From NCBI GenBank assembly GCA_010093605.1, contig MU004196.1:1014606-1078605 (forward strand): 64,000 nt of DNA, read 5' to 3'. The position numbers and the translations under genes are program-made. The notes below the pieces were generated by a model that did not search any database, was not told the DNA's origin, and was given only the letters and a program-made list of their open reading frames with translations. The stretch is from Lophium mytilinum. Lineage: Eukaryota. This document shows positions 40,543 to 53,017 of this stretch, one piece after another; position 1 is the first letter of the stretch; each line of letters starts with the position of its first letter.

Positions 40543-41608
40543 CTACTTTAACCTCCTGTGATGCGTGAGCTTGCGAAACAGACTTGATTGATATAATAAT
40601 GACATACCTTTTTGTCGCTTTCAACTCATCTAGCGGGTCCTGAGCTACAACCTTTCTCTTACTCCGCCGAGGCTCCTCCCCTTTGCCAGCCTCATGGATA
40701 GCCTTCCCACCCCCTTTCGCGGTCTTCTTCTTAACCTTCCCCTTTCGATCCTCCTTTACGCCCGTCCCTTGTTCTGAAAGTTCCTCTTCCCCCTCCTCTA
40801 TCCCATCTTTTACCTCATCTTCCCCCCCATCTTTACCCCCGACTTCCAGCTCCCCCAACTCTCCACCCTCCCGCCCCAAAACCCACGCAACCCTCTCCAC
40901 CTCTCCCGCCCCGACCCCCAGCCTCTCCACCACCTTCCCAACCCCCTCAACCACCGCCTTATACTCCTTAACCGTATACCCAATCTTCCTTTCCCACCCC
41001 CTCCCCTTCGTCCCCGGCTCCTCCCACATCACCCACCGAAAGACCTCATCCGAGAAAAACGGCGCCCTCTCCGGCGCCGCCACAGCAAGCAGGAGCGATG
41101 CCGTCGCGGGCCCGATGCCAGAGAGGGGCGTGAGGAGGGGCAGGGCTGCGGCTGTATCAGGCAGCGCAGCGAACGCGTTGCGCGTGCTCTCTTCGATTCT
41201 CTCGGCGGGGTTGCTGGCGACGAGTTTAAGGAGGGTGGGGCGGAAGGTGCCGTGTTTTCTGATATTGCCTCGCGTCAGTAAAGGAATCCTGGTACTGCAC
41301 GGAGGGGCTAGATGTCGCGAAGAGAAGCGGGGTGGTGGCATGCGAGGACGTAGAGCGGAGTTAACGAGATAGGAGATGGTTCAGGGAGCGGGCGCGTACA
41401 GTTTCCATTCTACGAGTTGGAGGACTTCGGCTTTTTCTAGCCAAGTATCTCCGCTATTTTGGTCTCGCCGTTTCGCGACGGTGGCGGGGAGGGTGGTGAA
41501 GCGGGCGGTGTCAAGATCGTGGAGTTTTGGGGGAACGGCGGCAGGGTAGCGGGATAGGAGTTCTTTGAAGGCGGGGAGGGTAATTGCGGAGGGGGTCAGG
41601 GGAGGCAT
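40543..41608 (-). CDS. Uncharacterised helix-hairpin-helix (DNA-glycosylase-like) protein (3 exons)
   Basis: LVEWKL|KHGTFRPTL, HhH motif LSGIGPATAS, PFFSDE and a charged K/E tail; introns ~41399-41259 and ~40607-40556. Confidence 0.7.
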
Positions 41609-42358
41609 GGTTATGGTTTTGAGTAGATTCGTCGAGGACTTGGTAAGAGGTGAGGTTGGTGATGGTGATGACGTTGGCCAATGAACACGCTTGGGCACGG
41701 TCTCACGTGAAATCGTGATATACGAGCACGCTGGGCATGAAAAAGTTGGCACACTCATCAAGATCTGTCTTTTGCAGTTGTGTGTACACCTGTCTGCCAC
41801 TGCTTGAAGTCCTTCATCAAGTTTCCAGATAGTCCAAAGCTAAGAGGTTTTACCTCTTTTACTTTTCGAGAGATATATTGGAGTACTTTCAACAACGGCA
41901 GGCAAGTGTATAGGAGGCAGAATGCGAATGGAATGTGCCACCCTTTTCATGCCTCGCGTGACGAGTTGTAGGAGGATTTGTTCACGAAGGGGTATGTAAC
42001 TTATGCTGCGTCGATTGATATTTAAGACCGTTTGCATTCAGGCTCTCTAGCTCTGCACATATTTTCGACTAGTTCAGTTGTAACAGCAACAATCTCGGAA
42101 GCTCTCCATCCAACCTGCCAAAATCCCCAGTCAGCAGGCTTTTGATGACCTTGTCGAGGAATCAGCCAACATAGCTCTTGGGAACACCTAGAAGAAAACC
42201 AAAACCCGCAAGCCCTACACCATCTCTGTCCACCCCAAATACATGGTGCCTACAGCAAGAACCATGGGTAGGCGCCCTGAGGAAACTAGCCAGCGCCGAG
42301 CCAAATTAGGATGTGACGCTGCGCCAAAAAAGGTGAATTTAATGTTCAGAATACCAGC

Positions 42359-45300
42359 CTACTTCGGCTTTGGCGGACGTCCTCGACCACGCTTTGCGGC
42401 CAGATTCACTGGTGTGAAACCTGAAGTGGTCAGGGAAGGTCTCCCAATCGAAGGCCTGCCAACCTTTGCCTTCGGTGCAGGCGCAACAGCCGGTATTTCG
42501 TCACCACTGTCACTATCAGAAGAGTCCGACAGCTGTACTTCTGTTGGTCCACTAGATTTACGGTTCCCATTTGTCGTGATTGAACCAACTCTTTTTGCTG
42601 GAGTATTCGACTTTGGGGTGCTGCTTTGTTGTTTACGGGAAGCTGCAGACACAATCTTGATCTTCCGACCAGCCATTCCAGGCCTTGAAAGAATCGAATT
42701 GCTGGACTTGGTAGGCTGTGCAGTAACTTCTGGCGGTGGCGGCGATGGTGACGCAGACTTCGGTGGAAGCACCTCCGCACCAGCAATCGTATCAATGTAC
42801 GCGTCCAAGCTACCGTCATCAGAGTGCTGGCTTTCTTCGCCGTCCATCGCCCACTCGGCAGCAGACATTTTCGCCCTCATGTTCTCCTCGGCTTCTTTCT
42901 TCTCGTCTGCTAGCTTTTGCGCTTCAAGTGCAGCCGCCGCTGACTCAGCTAGACGTAAAGTTGACGCTGAAGGAGCCGGTCTGGTAGGGGTGTCATCGTC
43001 TTCATAGACACCATCGTCTTCTGAAATTTGGCCTGAATTGACTCGCACAGGAGGGGCGCCCGGTGGTCGAATTTGTGCACCTACTTTGGGGTTTGGCATG
43101 GTCTTCCTGCGCTCAGTTCGGCGATGCGGGTTTACATCTCCGTCTTTGAAGTTCTCGGGCAGTTCCGTTGGCATATCACCATCCTCCTGGTTCTTACGAG
43201 CGAGCCATGAGGAAACCCTCCGTGAGTGACTGTTGCCATTGCCAGTCACTTGGTGCGAGTCTTCCTCTTCTTCGGAGTCTACCGTGATTTCCTCATAGCG
43301 TGGTCGCGACTTCGGCTTCGTCGACCCGTCAATTCCGTTCGATATCCTCTTGCGGCTTCGGGAATTGAAGTCGCCATCGTCGTCTACTCGATATCTGAAT
43401 GCGTTCGGTTTCTTTGCCACTTCCGTGTTGACTTCCTGCTGCGGCGGAAGAACGTCTGACTGGATTATTGCCCTAGTCTCCTCGACAGCACCGCCAGCAC
43501 CGCCAGCAGCCGCCGAAGCAAGCTTGGCTGTTTGTTCGGCCAGGAAACGAGTCAGCCTATCACCACTGATAGACAGTTTCACGACCCTAGATTTGCCTTT
43601 CATAGCTGCAACGACCATTATGAATCGTCCAGCCTTGCGAGCTTCATCTAGCTTGCGTTTCTCTTGCTCCTTCTGAAACTGCTTCGTCGCTCCACTCTTC
43701 GCCTGCGAAGAAGGTTGTGTTCCAAGGTTGTCCTTCTTTTGTCTCTTCGCCTTGTTGCCCACTACTTTGACTTGTTCATTGTCGTCGTAATCTCGAGCTC
43801 TCTTTTGGGATGAACGGTTCCTAGGTATTTCATTGCTTGGATCCGTGTAGAACAGTGATGGTCCGCCGTCATCGTCAATAACATCTACAGGTTGGTAGCC
43901 ATCGTGGTAAAGGGCGGATGGCTGCACGAAATTGCTGTCATGTTCATAATGTGAGGCCCTGTGATGTGAGTACGGTGACGGCCCAGTAGCATCCTCTCCA
44001 CCCAAAGACGGGTCGATGAGACCATCATGGATTACCTGAGAAGAACAGTACGGATCCTCGATTGGGGAATACTCAATCCCATACCGATTCATACGATGCG
44101 AGTCGGTCTGGTCGTAGTAGTCTTCATCCAACGTCGGATCATTTTGCTTTTCTCGCTCAGCTTCCGCTTGTCGATTCAGAAGTCGTGATGTTTCCAAAGG
44201 CCGATCCGCGTCATCACGAAGCCAATTTTGATTGGAGACACTGAAGTCCACGAGACATTCTACGCTTCTGACATCAGCGACTTTCTTCGTGTCGTGCCCC
44301 AAGAGAGTCATTTTCGGCTCGTAAGGATGTTGTCGAGGATCCCGACGACAGGCTCCAGTATTGCAAACACGGCGGCAGTGCGGACATTTCCAATTTGGAT
44401 CCGACATTACTGTCAACGGCATCATGTCGTGTGCCCTGAAGAGAGCACCGTAGCAGAAGCCATAGTCGCAATTCGTGCACGTGGCCATCTTCCACTTTGG
44501 GTGCTTCTGCAAGCACACATGACAGGACTTGTGTGAAGCCAACCATTGCTTGGACTTCTTTTTGACCATTTTCCTCACAGTGCCATCCTCGTTCACTTCG
44601 ATTTCTTCGTCACCGGATTCATCGTCGTCAACGGGTTTCGGTTGCTTTACATCTACCCATGGCCGGGCCTTGAGCTGTATTTGACAGACCTGGGCCAGGG
44701 TCTTCTTTCCGAGATACCGTCGCTCTTCTGGCAGTGGTAATGGAGTCTTCTCATTGCTGACGCCTCCATCAATCTCAACAACCTGTACTCTCCACTCCTC
44801 GTATTTGTGAAGCAGATCTTTCCATTTCCATTGTTCAACCCATGTCAGGTTCGATTGGCAGGCACAGCTTCGGCCCATAGCGTAACATTCCATGCAGACA
44901 TCGTATGGCTCCTCATTTTCAGTACCGAGTCCGTTCACACATGACTTGCACGTAAGAAATCGGTTGAAAATATTCCCTCTGCAGTAAGCACAGGTAACAT
45001 TGCTGTCGAATGGAATGAACTCGGGGTGTTCCCGCGTGTCTGGTCCAAACATCTCGGAAAGCATAATCGACTTATATAGATCCAGGAGTCTTTTGAAGTC
45101 TTTCTGGACTTGACGGATTTTGTGGCTAGTTTGCAACGCCTCTGCCTGTTCGCCACCCAATTCAACTTGGGCGCGAGCTGTCTTTAGAAGTCCAGAATAC
45201 TTCGCCAGGGTATAATACACAATGGCCTTATTTTTGTACTGTTCATCGCGGCAGACCAGACGTGCGTTTGGCAGAGCTTCAGTAAGGGCCATTTGCAAGG

Positions 45301-46361
45301 TCTCCACGGTCGTTCGATTCCACGCGACTTTCATTGTTCGTGTGCCCCGATTCCAGACTTGATGGGGTGCGAGAGGTGGGATTAGTATGAGGTCTCCCGG
45401 ACGCTGCTCGACAACGTAGGTGGTGAATTTTGCACGTTTCCATGCAATAAGCTGGGCAAAGTGGTTCTCTACTTCGATGTCGTGGGCCAAGATCGATAAC
45501 CAGAATTCCGAGACAACATGCCGGTCTTTCGATTCCGTCATAAACCAAATCGAGGAACCGCGTTGCTCGGGTTTTCCACCTTCTCCCATGGTATCAGAAG
45601 CCTCGACCATGATGTTTTGACCCAACGAAGCGCACATCTCGCGATGCGCTGGTGTATAGGTGCCCTCGTGTCCGATATAGCACATTAAGTTATCTGCCCT
45701 CATTTCAGGAGGAAGACTGCTCATCAGATCACCAGCCCGCGCGATTCCACGGCCCTTTCGTACCCGGGTGGTTTTCGGAATCGGCTCGTCCACTGATCCT
45801 GGTCCGTCCACTTCCCCGGTGCTCTCGTTCAGGTAATTGAGAAAGGAAGGGATGTGTTCCTTGATTTTGTCTTCCCACACTGGCGGACAGTCGATGTCCT
45901 TGAGATAGATCCGTTGACGCTTCTTGTCACGATAATTCTCAGGGCCGTCGAAATATTGGTCGGTCAACCGACCCATGTTCTTCAAGTAATGCTTGATGGT
46001 GAGTGGGATATTCTCCTTGGTGGTCAGATTGCGTGCATTCTCGACTGCAGGACTGGTAAGTGAGTGTCAATGAAGTGCAAGTCGCAGATGTACCTTTGTC
46101 CCCGCAGTTATCTCTTAGCCACTGAGGAGTGAAAGTCCATGGGTCTAACACTTCATCGAACCCATCAATGACGAGCGGCTTGCCGCCAATAATAACGTGG
46201 AGAAGGACCAGTTTCTCGAACTTCTCGATACCCTGCTCAGCGATCATCTCGTACGAGATACGGTCGACGTATTGGAAGTTGTCCGCATTTTCGACAAAGG
46301 TTCGCAGGTCGAAGTCGGGTGGTATGGGCTCGAAAGAGGCCTTAGGCCTACGAGCCGGCAT
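42359..46361 (-). CDS. JmjC-domain protein with Cys-rich zinc fingers (zf-4CXXC_R1-like) and C-terminal AT-hook
   Basis: TPAHREMC...GDLILIPPLAPHQVWN (HxE...H metal ligands), several CxxC pairs and terminal KRGRGRPPK; one intron near 46.05 kb. Confidence 0.85.
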
Positions 46362-46997
46362 CGTGTTGGGTGCTTCGGCGCAAACCTCAGGCGTGCAGCG
46401 CGGATGGTCACAGCTGTCGCATCGCAGGGCTCGGCAATGCGCGTTGTGAAGGGTCAACTGAAGCTAGGCGCATGAAGTGGTAGGCGGTGGCTCGTCCGTA
46501 GTGAGACTTGTTCGAAATATAGGCAGTGGGTTTGGATTTGAGGACGCGACGAGAGTGCGGAGAGTCCAGAAGTGATGTCCAAAGTGAGTAGCTGCATGAT
46601 CCTTGTCAAGGAGATCCGTGCGCTGCTCGTCACGTGTTGAAACAACCCATGTTCAATACCTTTCAAGCTTCGCCCTATGCATCTCTGTAGTTCCAAGGGA
46701 ACCAATTCCATCAACTGTCGGAGGATGTTTCTCCCATAGCTATTTCTCGTTTTATCATTACCAATCCACGACCATCATATCTGTGGTCACGTACCCTCAA
46801 CCATCAAGCTGTGCTTCCCTTTATCAAATCTCAGCTGCTAGACTGCATCTTTGGCACACCTGCGAACTCCACTGTCACTCTCGAGTAGTGACAGGCAAAA
46901 GGCCTAGAACTTCTGTCTGAAGGAGGGGGTTGGTAGACCTCCTTCGAGTGGGCTTATCTACACGAAGACGCGACTCGATCAGGTCCCCGGAATTGTC

Positions 46998-48293
46998 ATG
47001 GCATCGACATCCCCATTCAGACACGTTTGCTCTATATCAGGGCACCGAATACCTCATGGCTGCAAAAACTTCCTGCGTCGACCGTTTCATTTGTCCTCAT
47101 ACATTTCGCAAAGGGACTCGTCATGTCATGTTCCCGCCACTCGTCGGACACCTACCACTCATTCCACTTGTAATGGCGCAGATCGGTCTCAAGCCTCGAT
47201 TCCTCGACATCAGGTACAATTGATTAAGGGATCTATTCTCCTGCGCGAGTGCCGACGCTCTGTGGTTTCTTCAACGGCACAGCACCCCATCGCCGACTCC
47301 CCTTCGCTCCCAATATACGTCCCCCCTCAGAGCGGCTTGCTTTCGCGTCTTCCCAAGTCAGTCACCCCTTACGCGGAGTTGATTCGACTAGACAAGCCTG
47401 CCGGAACCTACTACCTCTTCTTCCCATGTCTTTTCAGCACTCTCATGGCAGCAAGTGTCGCTGTTCCCATTGCCTCTCCTCTGTCTGTTTTAGGCACATC
47501 TGCTCTGTTCCTCACAGGTGCCGTCATCATGCGGGGAGCTGGATGTACTATTAATGATCTCTGGGACCGTAATCTGGACCCGCAGGTGGCACGTACTCGG
47601 CTGCGTCCTATTGCCAGAAGAGCTATCACTCCCGAAGCAGCCATCGTCTTCACAGGCGCACAGCTGCTCACTGGTCTTGCTGTGCTACTGCAATTTCCGA
47701 CTGAAGTATTCTGGTACGCCACGCCATCGCTCGCGTTTGTTGCGATGTACCCTTTGGCCAAGCGAGTCACGCACTACCCTCAATTCGTCCTCGGCCTTAC
47801 GTTCTCATGGGGCGCGATGTTAGGGTTTCCGGCTCTCGGTGTAGATCTCCTCGCAAATCAGTCAGTTCTCATCGCCGCAGCCTGTCTTTATTCGAGCAAT
47901 GTAGCTTGGACCGTCCTTTACGATATGATTTACGCCCACATGGATATCAAAGATGACGCGAAAGCCGGGATCAAAAGCATTGCTCTAAGGCACGATAAGG
48001 ATACTAAGACCGTGTTGACCGCGCTTGCAGCTGTACAAGTCGGTCTCCTTGGAGTAGCGGGCACCGCGCTTGGCATGGGGCCGGTCTTCCTTGTAGGCTC
48101 ATGTGGCGGTGCTGTTGCTACTCTGGGCACCATGATTTGGAGAGTCAAGTTGAAAGATGTGACCAACTGCTGGTGGTGGTTCGTGAATGGTTGCTGGATC
48201 ACCGGTGGCGCCATATCCGCTGGACTCCTAGGTGAATACTATACTCGCCTCTCCGCTGCTTCTACCCCTCCAGGCGAGCCAGGAACGACATAG
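46998..48293 (+). CDS. COQ2: 4-hydroxybenzoate polyprenyltransferase (UbiA family)
   Basis: RLDKPAG, GAGCTINDLWDRNLDPQVARTRLRP and YDMIYAHMDIKDD; basic N-terminal presequence. Confidence 0.92.
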   Translation: MASTSPFRHVCSISGHRIPHGCKNFLRRPFHLSSYISQRDSSCHVPATRRTPTTHSTCNGADRSQASIPRHQVQLIKGSILLRECRRSVVSSTAQHPIADSPSLPIYVPPQSGLLSRLPKSVTPYAELIRLDKPAGTYYLFFPCLFSTLMAASVAVPIASPLSVLGTSALFLTGAVIMRGAGCTINDLWDRNLDPQVARTRLRPIARRAITPEAAIVFTGAQLLTGLAVLLQFPTEVFWYATPSLAFVAMYPLAKRVTHYPQFVLGLTFSWGAMLGFPALGVDLLANQSVLIAAACLYSSNVAWTVLYDMIYAHMDIKDDAKAGIKSIALRHDKDTKTVLTALAAVQVGLLGVAGTALGMGPVFLVGSCGGAVATLGTMIWRVKLKDVTNCWWWFVNGCWITGGAISAGLLGEYYTRLSAASTPPGEPGTT

Positions 48294-49028
48294 TCTGCAC
48301 CATCTTCGGGGACCCTATCCTAATATCCTGGCTGAGACTGTTCTGAACTCATGTATGAGTGACAATGGACCCCATCTAGAAGGCGTTACATGTACATTAA
48401 CGAGCTTGGGGCCAGGTGTTGTGAGCCCTGCGTTGTAATATGTTAAAATGATCTCGCTTATACTGCAGAAACATGCCAAGAGTCCCAGTTGTAGAACTTT
48501 CCTAGCACTAATCTAATCAATGCCATGTCGAGGCTAAATTATACTCGACATCTTACTAGAACACCATAATACCGAGGACCAATGGCCCGATCCTTGCCCT
48601 TTTAATATTCCCGTTGGAATTGATTAATTATGTTTTTCGAATCAGAAGGCCGTATCAAGAAAAGTCCTATCGTTCATGCAAGTATATTCTGAGATTTCAG
48701 CCTCCACAAAACACCTCTAAGAACCTACTATGTCCAGATTACATGAGCAGAATCGGGCCAAGGTGATCAAGATGAATCCGTGTCCTCCCCGGGCCTAGTG
48801 TTTCCCATGCATTTCGAATGTATCCACCATGAGCCGGTAAATGCCACTAGGGATGATATACGTCGCCTACAGAATCCCCTAACCGTGAATATCGCACTCG
48901 ACATAGATACCAACCTCGATCATGTGGCCAACTTACTCATTGCCGCCGCTGGTCTACATCTCCCTCGACCTTACTCTCACCTCATCCCGACCGTCCAGAT
49001 CGTTCCTTCCTTGACCGCCATCCCCAAG

Positions 49029-50591
49029 ATGCGCTCAAGCATCCTTTTCGCGGCCCTGCTGGGCGCAAAACAGCACGTCCTAGGTGGCTATACGCTCAGA
49101 GATAATTACTCTCCTTCGAATTTCTTTTCCATGTTCGACTTCTGGACGGTATGCGCGAAATCCCCTAGCTTTCAATACAAACTGACCTCCTTAAGGCCGC
49201 TGATCCTACGAATGGGGTTGTTAAGTGAGTTGCTATCTACTCAAAAGATTTTGATTAGCCACTTCACTGAAAATGAGTACATCTAACAATCAACCCCTGT
49301 GCAGATACCTAGATCAGTCCACAGCCCAATCTCAAGGCATAATCTCGACCGATGGCTCAAGTGTCTACATCGGCGTCGACCACACCAACGTAACGCCACA
49401 GGGCCGGAGCAGTATCCGTATCGAGAGCAAGATCCAGTACACGCATGGGTTGTTCATTCTGGATCTCGGGCACATGCCCGGGAGCATTTGCGGTACGAAT
49501 CAGACCCATATGCCCCGAAGTTAGGTACTCAACAAGCCGTTTTACTAAGATACCGATGACACAGGAACATGGCCAGCTTTCTGGACACTCGGCCCCAACA
49601 ACTGGCCGCAAGATGGTGAAATCGGTAGTACCTCTCTTCCCTCTCTTCCAAAGCTCCCCTCCTAACCACGAAAACAGATATCTTAGAAGGCGAATGCTAC
49701 GCCTACTCCCTTAAGCCCTAATTCCAATCTCAACTCCTGCTATAGGCGTCAACACCCAGTCCCGCAACAGCATGGCCCTCCACACGACGGAAGGCTGCAC
49801 CGTCACCGGGCAGGGCGAAAGCGGTTCCCTCACGACATCCAACTGCTGGGTCAAAGCACCGGGACAGGCCTCCAACGCCGGCTGCGGCGTCTCTAGCAAC
49901 ACCGCCGGCTCATATGGTGACGACTTCAACGCTGCGGGCGGTGGGGTATATGCAATGGAATGGTATGCATAACCTCTCCTCTCCGTTTACCTCGCCATAA
50001 ATCTGTGTACTTTCCCGTCACGCCCAAAAGCCTTGTAACAAGCTTCCTGTCCCGATGCCGTTGGAAGGGGCCCAGCAAGCCTCAGGCTGTCCAGATCAGA
50101 TTTTCCCATCTCCTTCATATCTTCAAAAGCGTATCAGCACACCCCAGACATCACCAGCCCAACCCACCACCCCACACACACCCCATCTAACACTCCCCAG
50201 GACCTCCTCCGCCATCAAAATCTGGTTCTTCACCCACAGCACCACTCCCCCCGACATCCTCTCCAACGCCCCGAACCCCTCGCAATGGGGCGCCCCGCAA
50301 GCCAACTTCGCCGGCAACTGCAACATCGACAGCCACTTCGCCAACCACCGCATCGTCTTCGATCTCACCTTCTGCGGCGACTGGGCCGGGAATGTGTGGG
50401 CGAGTACGCCGAGTTGGTGAGTCGCGTATCCCTACCGCTTTCTGTTTTGGCAGAGTTGGGGGTTGGGTGAAGGCTGATAGGAGTGCAGTGCGAGCAAGGC
50501 GCCGACGTGTGCGGATTGGGTGATTAATAACCCGGGGGCGTTTGCGCCGTCCTATTGGAGTATTATGTCGTTGAAGGTTTACGGGCAGTGA
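49029..50591 (+). CDS. Secreted GH16 endo-1,3(4)-beta-glucanase (8 exons)
   Basis: Signal peptide, DPTNG, GRSSIRIES, CG|TWPAFW, WPQDGEI|DILE|GVN, GGGVYAMEW and TFCGDWAG. Confidence 0.85.
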
Positions 50592-51036
50592 GGGTTGGGA
50601 GGGTGTGGTTTCGAAAGCGGGACTGAGAGAAGAGAGCGTTAGGCGAGGCCATATGGTTAGTTACTTTTGGCAGTAGGGCTCTTTCTCATCATATTTGAGG
50701 AGTGTATCTACCCTGGGAAGTAGAGTTTGGAAGCGAAGATTCGTGCATGGAGAATATGTCCTCTATCGATTCGAAAAGAGAGTGTCGTCTGAGGTGCATA
50801 TTTAGGCACGTATACCACGCGTCCAATCAAGAGTATTGTTTTCCGGTACGTAACGACCTAGAATGCAAGATTTTCAATCTATATGCGTCTATGACGAGGC
50901 AATTCAAACTTCCATACCCCTTTTTGATGTGGCCCTAACGAGCGCCGAGATCCTGTGCAGTAGAATACAGTACAGTCCATCCAAACACATACTTCTTCGC
51001 GCCATACCTAACTTCTCACCATCTCATTCTCCACGT

Positions 51037-52306
51037 TTAAGCCTTATATCCCACCTCGGTCAAACCCTCCTTCAATCCTTTCAGCGCCCTATCAATATCA
51101 TCCCTCTTCGGATCTGTCACACTGACGCCCATATGCCCAAACCGGATATACTTCGTCGCGATTTCCTTATGCAGTCCACCCGCGAAAATAACGCCCTTTT
51201 TCAACAGGCTCGGGAGGACTTGGGGCGGCGCAATGCTCTCGGGGAGGTAGATAGCGGTCATGCCGTTGGCCTGGTTCTCGGGCTTAGCAGCGAGTTGCTT
51301 GAGGCCGAATTCGCCGATCGCTTTCTTGATCTTCTGGGACGCGGCTTTGTGGTCCGAGAAGCGCTGTTCCAGGGGCCGAGAGAGGATCTGAGTTAGGGAC
51401 GTATGTAGCGCGTGGATGAGCTGAGGAGAGGGGGTGGCGAAGTAGCTGGGCTTCTTGGCTTCGTAGTTTTGCATGACTGTAATGATCCAATCAGTGTAAT
51501 TCTGGAGTCTGAAAGTGTTTCAGGAGTTGGTGACATACTCGGCAACCAGTTCTTCCACGATCCAAAATACGACGTCGGCCGTGTCTTCCTCGCCTTAAAT
51601 ACTTCGATCGCGCGGCCAGAGGCCATCAAGATGCTCAGACCAGCCGGGCACCCAATCGCCTTCTGGCTGGCAGTGAGCACTACGTCGAGGCCCCAGTCGT
51701 CGAACCGGATCTCCTCGCAGCCAACACTGCACACGCCGTCCACGACAACGAGGGTCTCGGGGCTGACTTTGTGCACGAGCTCCGAGAGCGCCTTGAGCTC
51801 GCTCAGCACACCGGTGGAGGTGTCGACGTGTGTGACGGTGAGGACTTTGTACTTCTTCTCCTTCAGCGCTTTCTCCACCTCGTCCAGTTGCGGCCGGTCT
51901 CCAATGGGTGCTTTCAGTTGTGTAGCATTCACGCCATATGTCTCGAAGCAGTCGGCGAACGAGTCCGCAAAGTAGCCAGTGTGTAGCACGAGGGCCTCAT
52001 CGCCCGGCTCGGTGAGGTTGGCCGCGACCTGGTCCCATCCCAGTGTTCCAGAGCCGGAGAGCACGATTGGTTGCGATGCGGCGTCGGTGGTCTGGAACAG
52101 CTGCCGTAGCATCGACAGGACCTCGCTGAAGGTGTTCACGAAGGGTGCGCCGACATGGGATTCGCTGGACTGACATCAGCGGATGTATTAGGGGTGATTG
52201 CAGGTGTATATGCGTACCTGTAATGGCTCATAGACTGGAGCACCTCGTCATCGAACTCAATTGGGCCCGGGATGAGCAGTGCAGCATGCGGCGGCTGGGA
52301 AGACAT
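51037..52306 (-). CDS. AGX1: Alanine-glyoxylate aminotransferase (class V PLP), 3 exons; possible non-AUG N-terminal extension
   Basis: LLIPGPIE, GSGTLGWD, THVDTSTGV, DGVCS, TASQKA (PLP lysine) and IRFGHMG; first in-frame ATG at 52306. Confidence 0.92.
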
Positions 52307-52756
52307 GGTGGGCGGTGGAGGCGGAGGCTTGGGGCGGTTTGCAGGGTAGCCAGTTGCGTCTTCAGGTACAGCAGAGCGCTCAGTAGAGAAGGGCGTGTTC
52401 AATTCAAAGGGCTTGGAGTCGAGGTGTCTGGCGATCAGACTCAGACGGGAGCGAGGGGAAGCCACCTTGAAGGAGGGGTACAGTCGAGCAAATCGGCTGC
52501 GGGGGGAAGCCAGGATGCCGGTTTCGGAGAGAAGGGCTAGGAGCGCGTGTGTTGGCAATGAATTGCACGTGTAGTTGCTGCTTTTCGGGCGTGGGGACTG
52601 CGGGCGTCGATGTTTTCAAGTCACGATGCGCGTGCTGGGTGTATTGTAACAGGAGAATGTCGCGAAACATTGCCGTTCTCAGTGGCTAACGGGAAGGTTT
52701 GACTCTTCCAAGCTTCTTCTTTTTCTCTCTGGAGCCACTTCGGCCAGCGCCGTTAA

Positions 52757-52795
52757 CGGCGTCTGCTCAGCGGCGTCTGCTCAGCGGCGTCTGCT
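52757..52795. repeat. 14-bp tandem repeat (CGGCGTCTGCTCAG) x ~2.8 in the AGX1/VPS29 divergent promoter
   Basis: Units at 52757, 52771 and 52785. Confidence 0.85.
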
Positions 52796-53017
52796 TACTC
52801 GACATGGGGTCTAGACGTGGAGGCTCCCGGCATCTCTTGAGCCGCAAAAGCAGCCCTGTTCAACAGTCACAGTGAATACATGCAGTGACGTTGCCCCCCT
52901 GCCAAGCCACCGCCCAAGCTTCGAGGGAAGCTCGTGCTCCACCTCCACCACACTTCGCCAGCCAATTCAGTTCGTGGGGTTGGTCACGGTGCGCTGCGGG
53001 AGAACAGAAACATCGCC

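Noticed and set aside
26460..42245. Faint partial matches to the 38-nt repeat core near 26470, 35080 and 42230
   Set aside because: Only ~10-12 matching bases each; cannot be distinguished from chance without a profile search.
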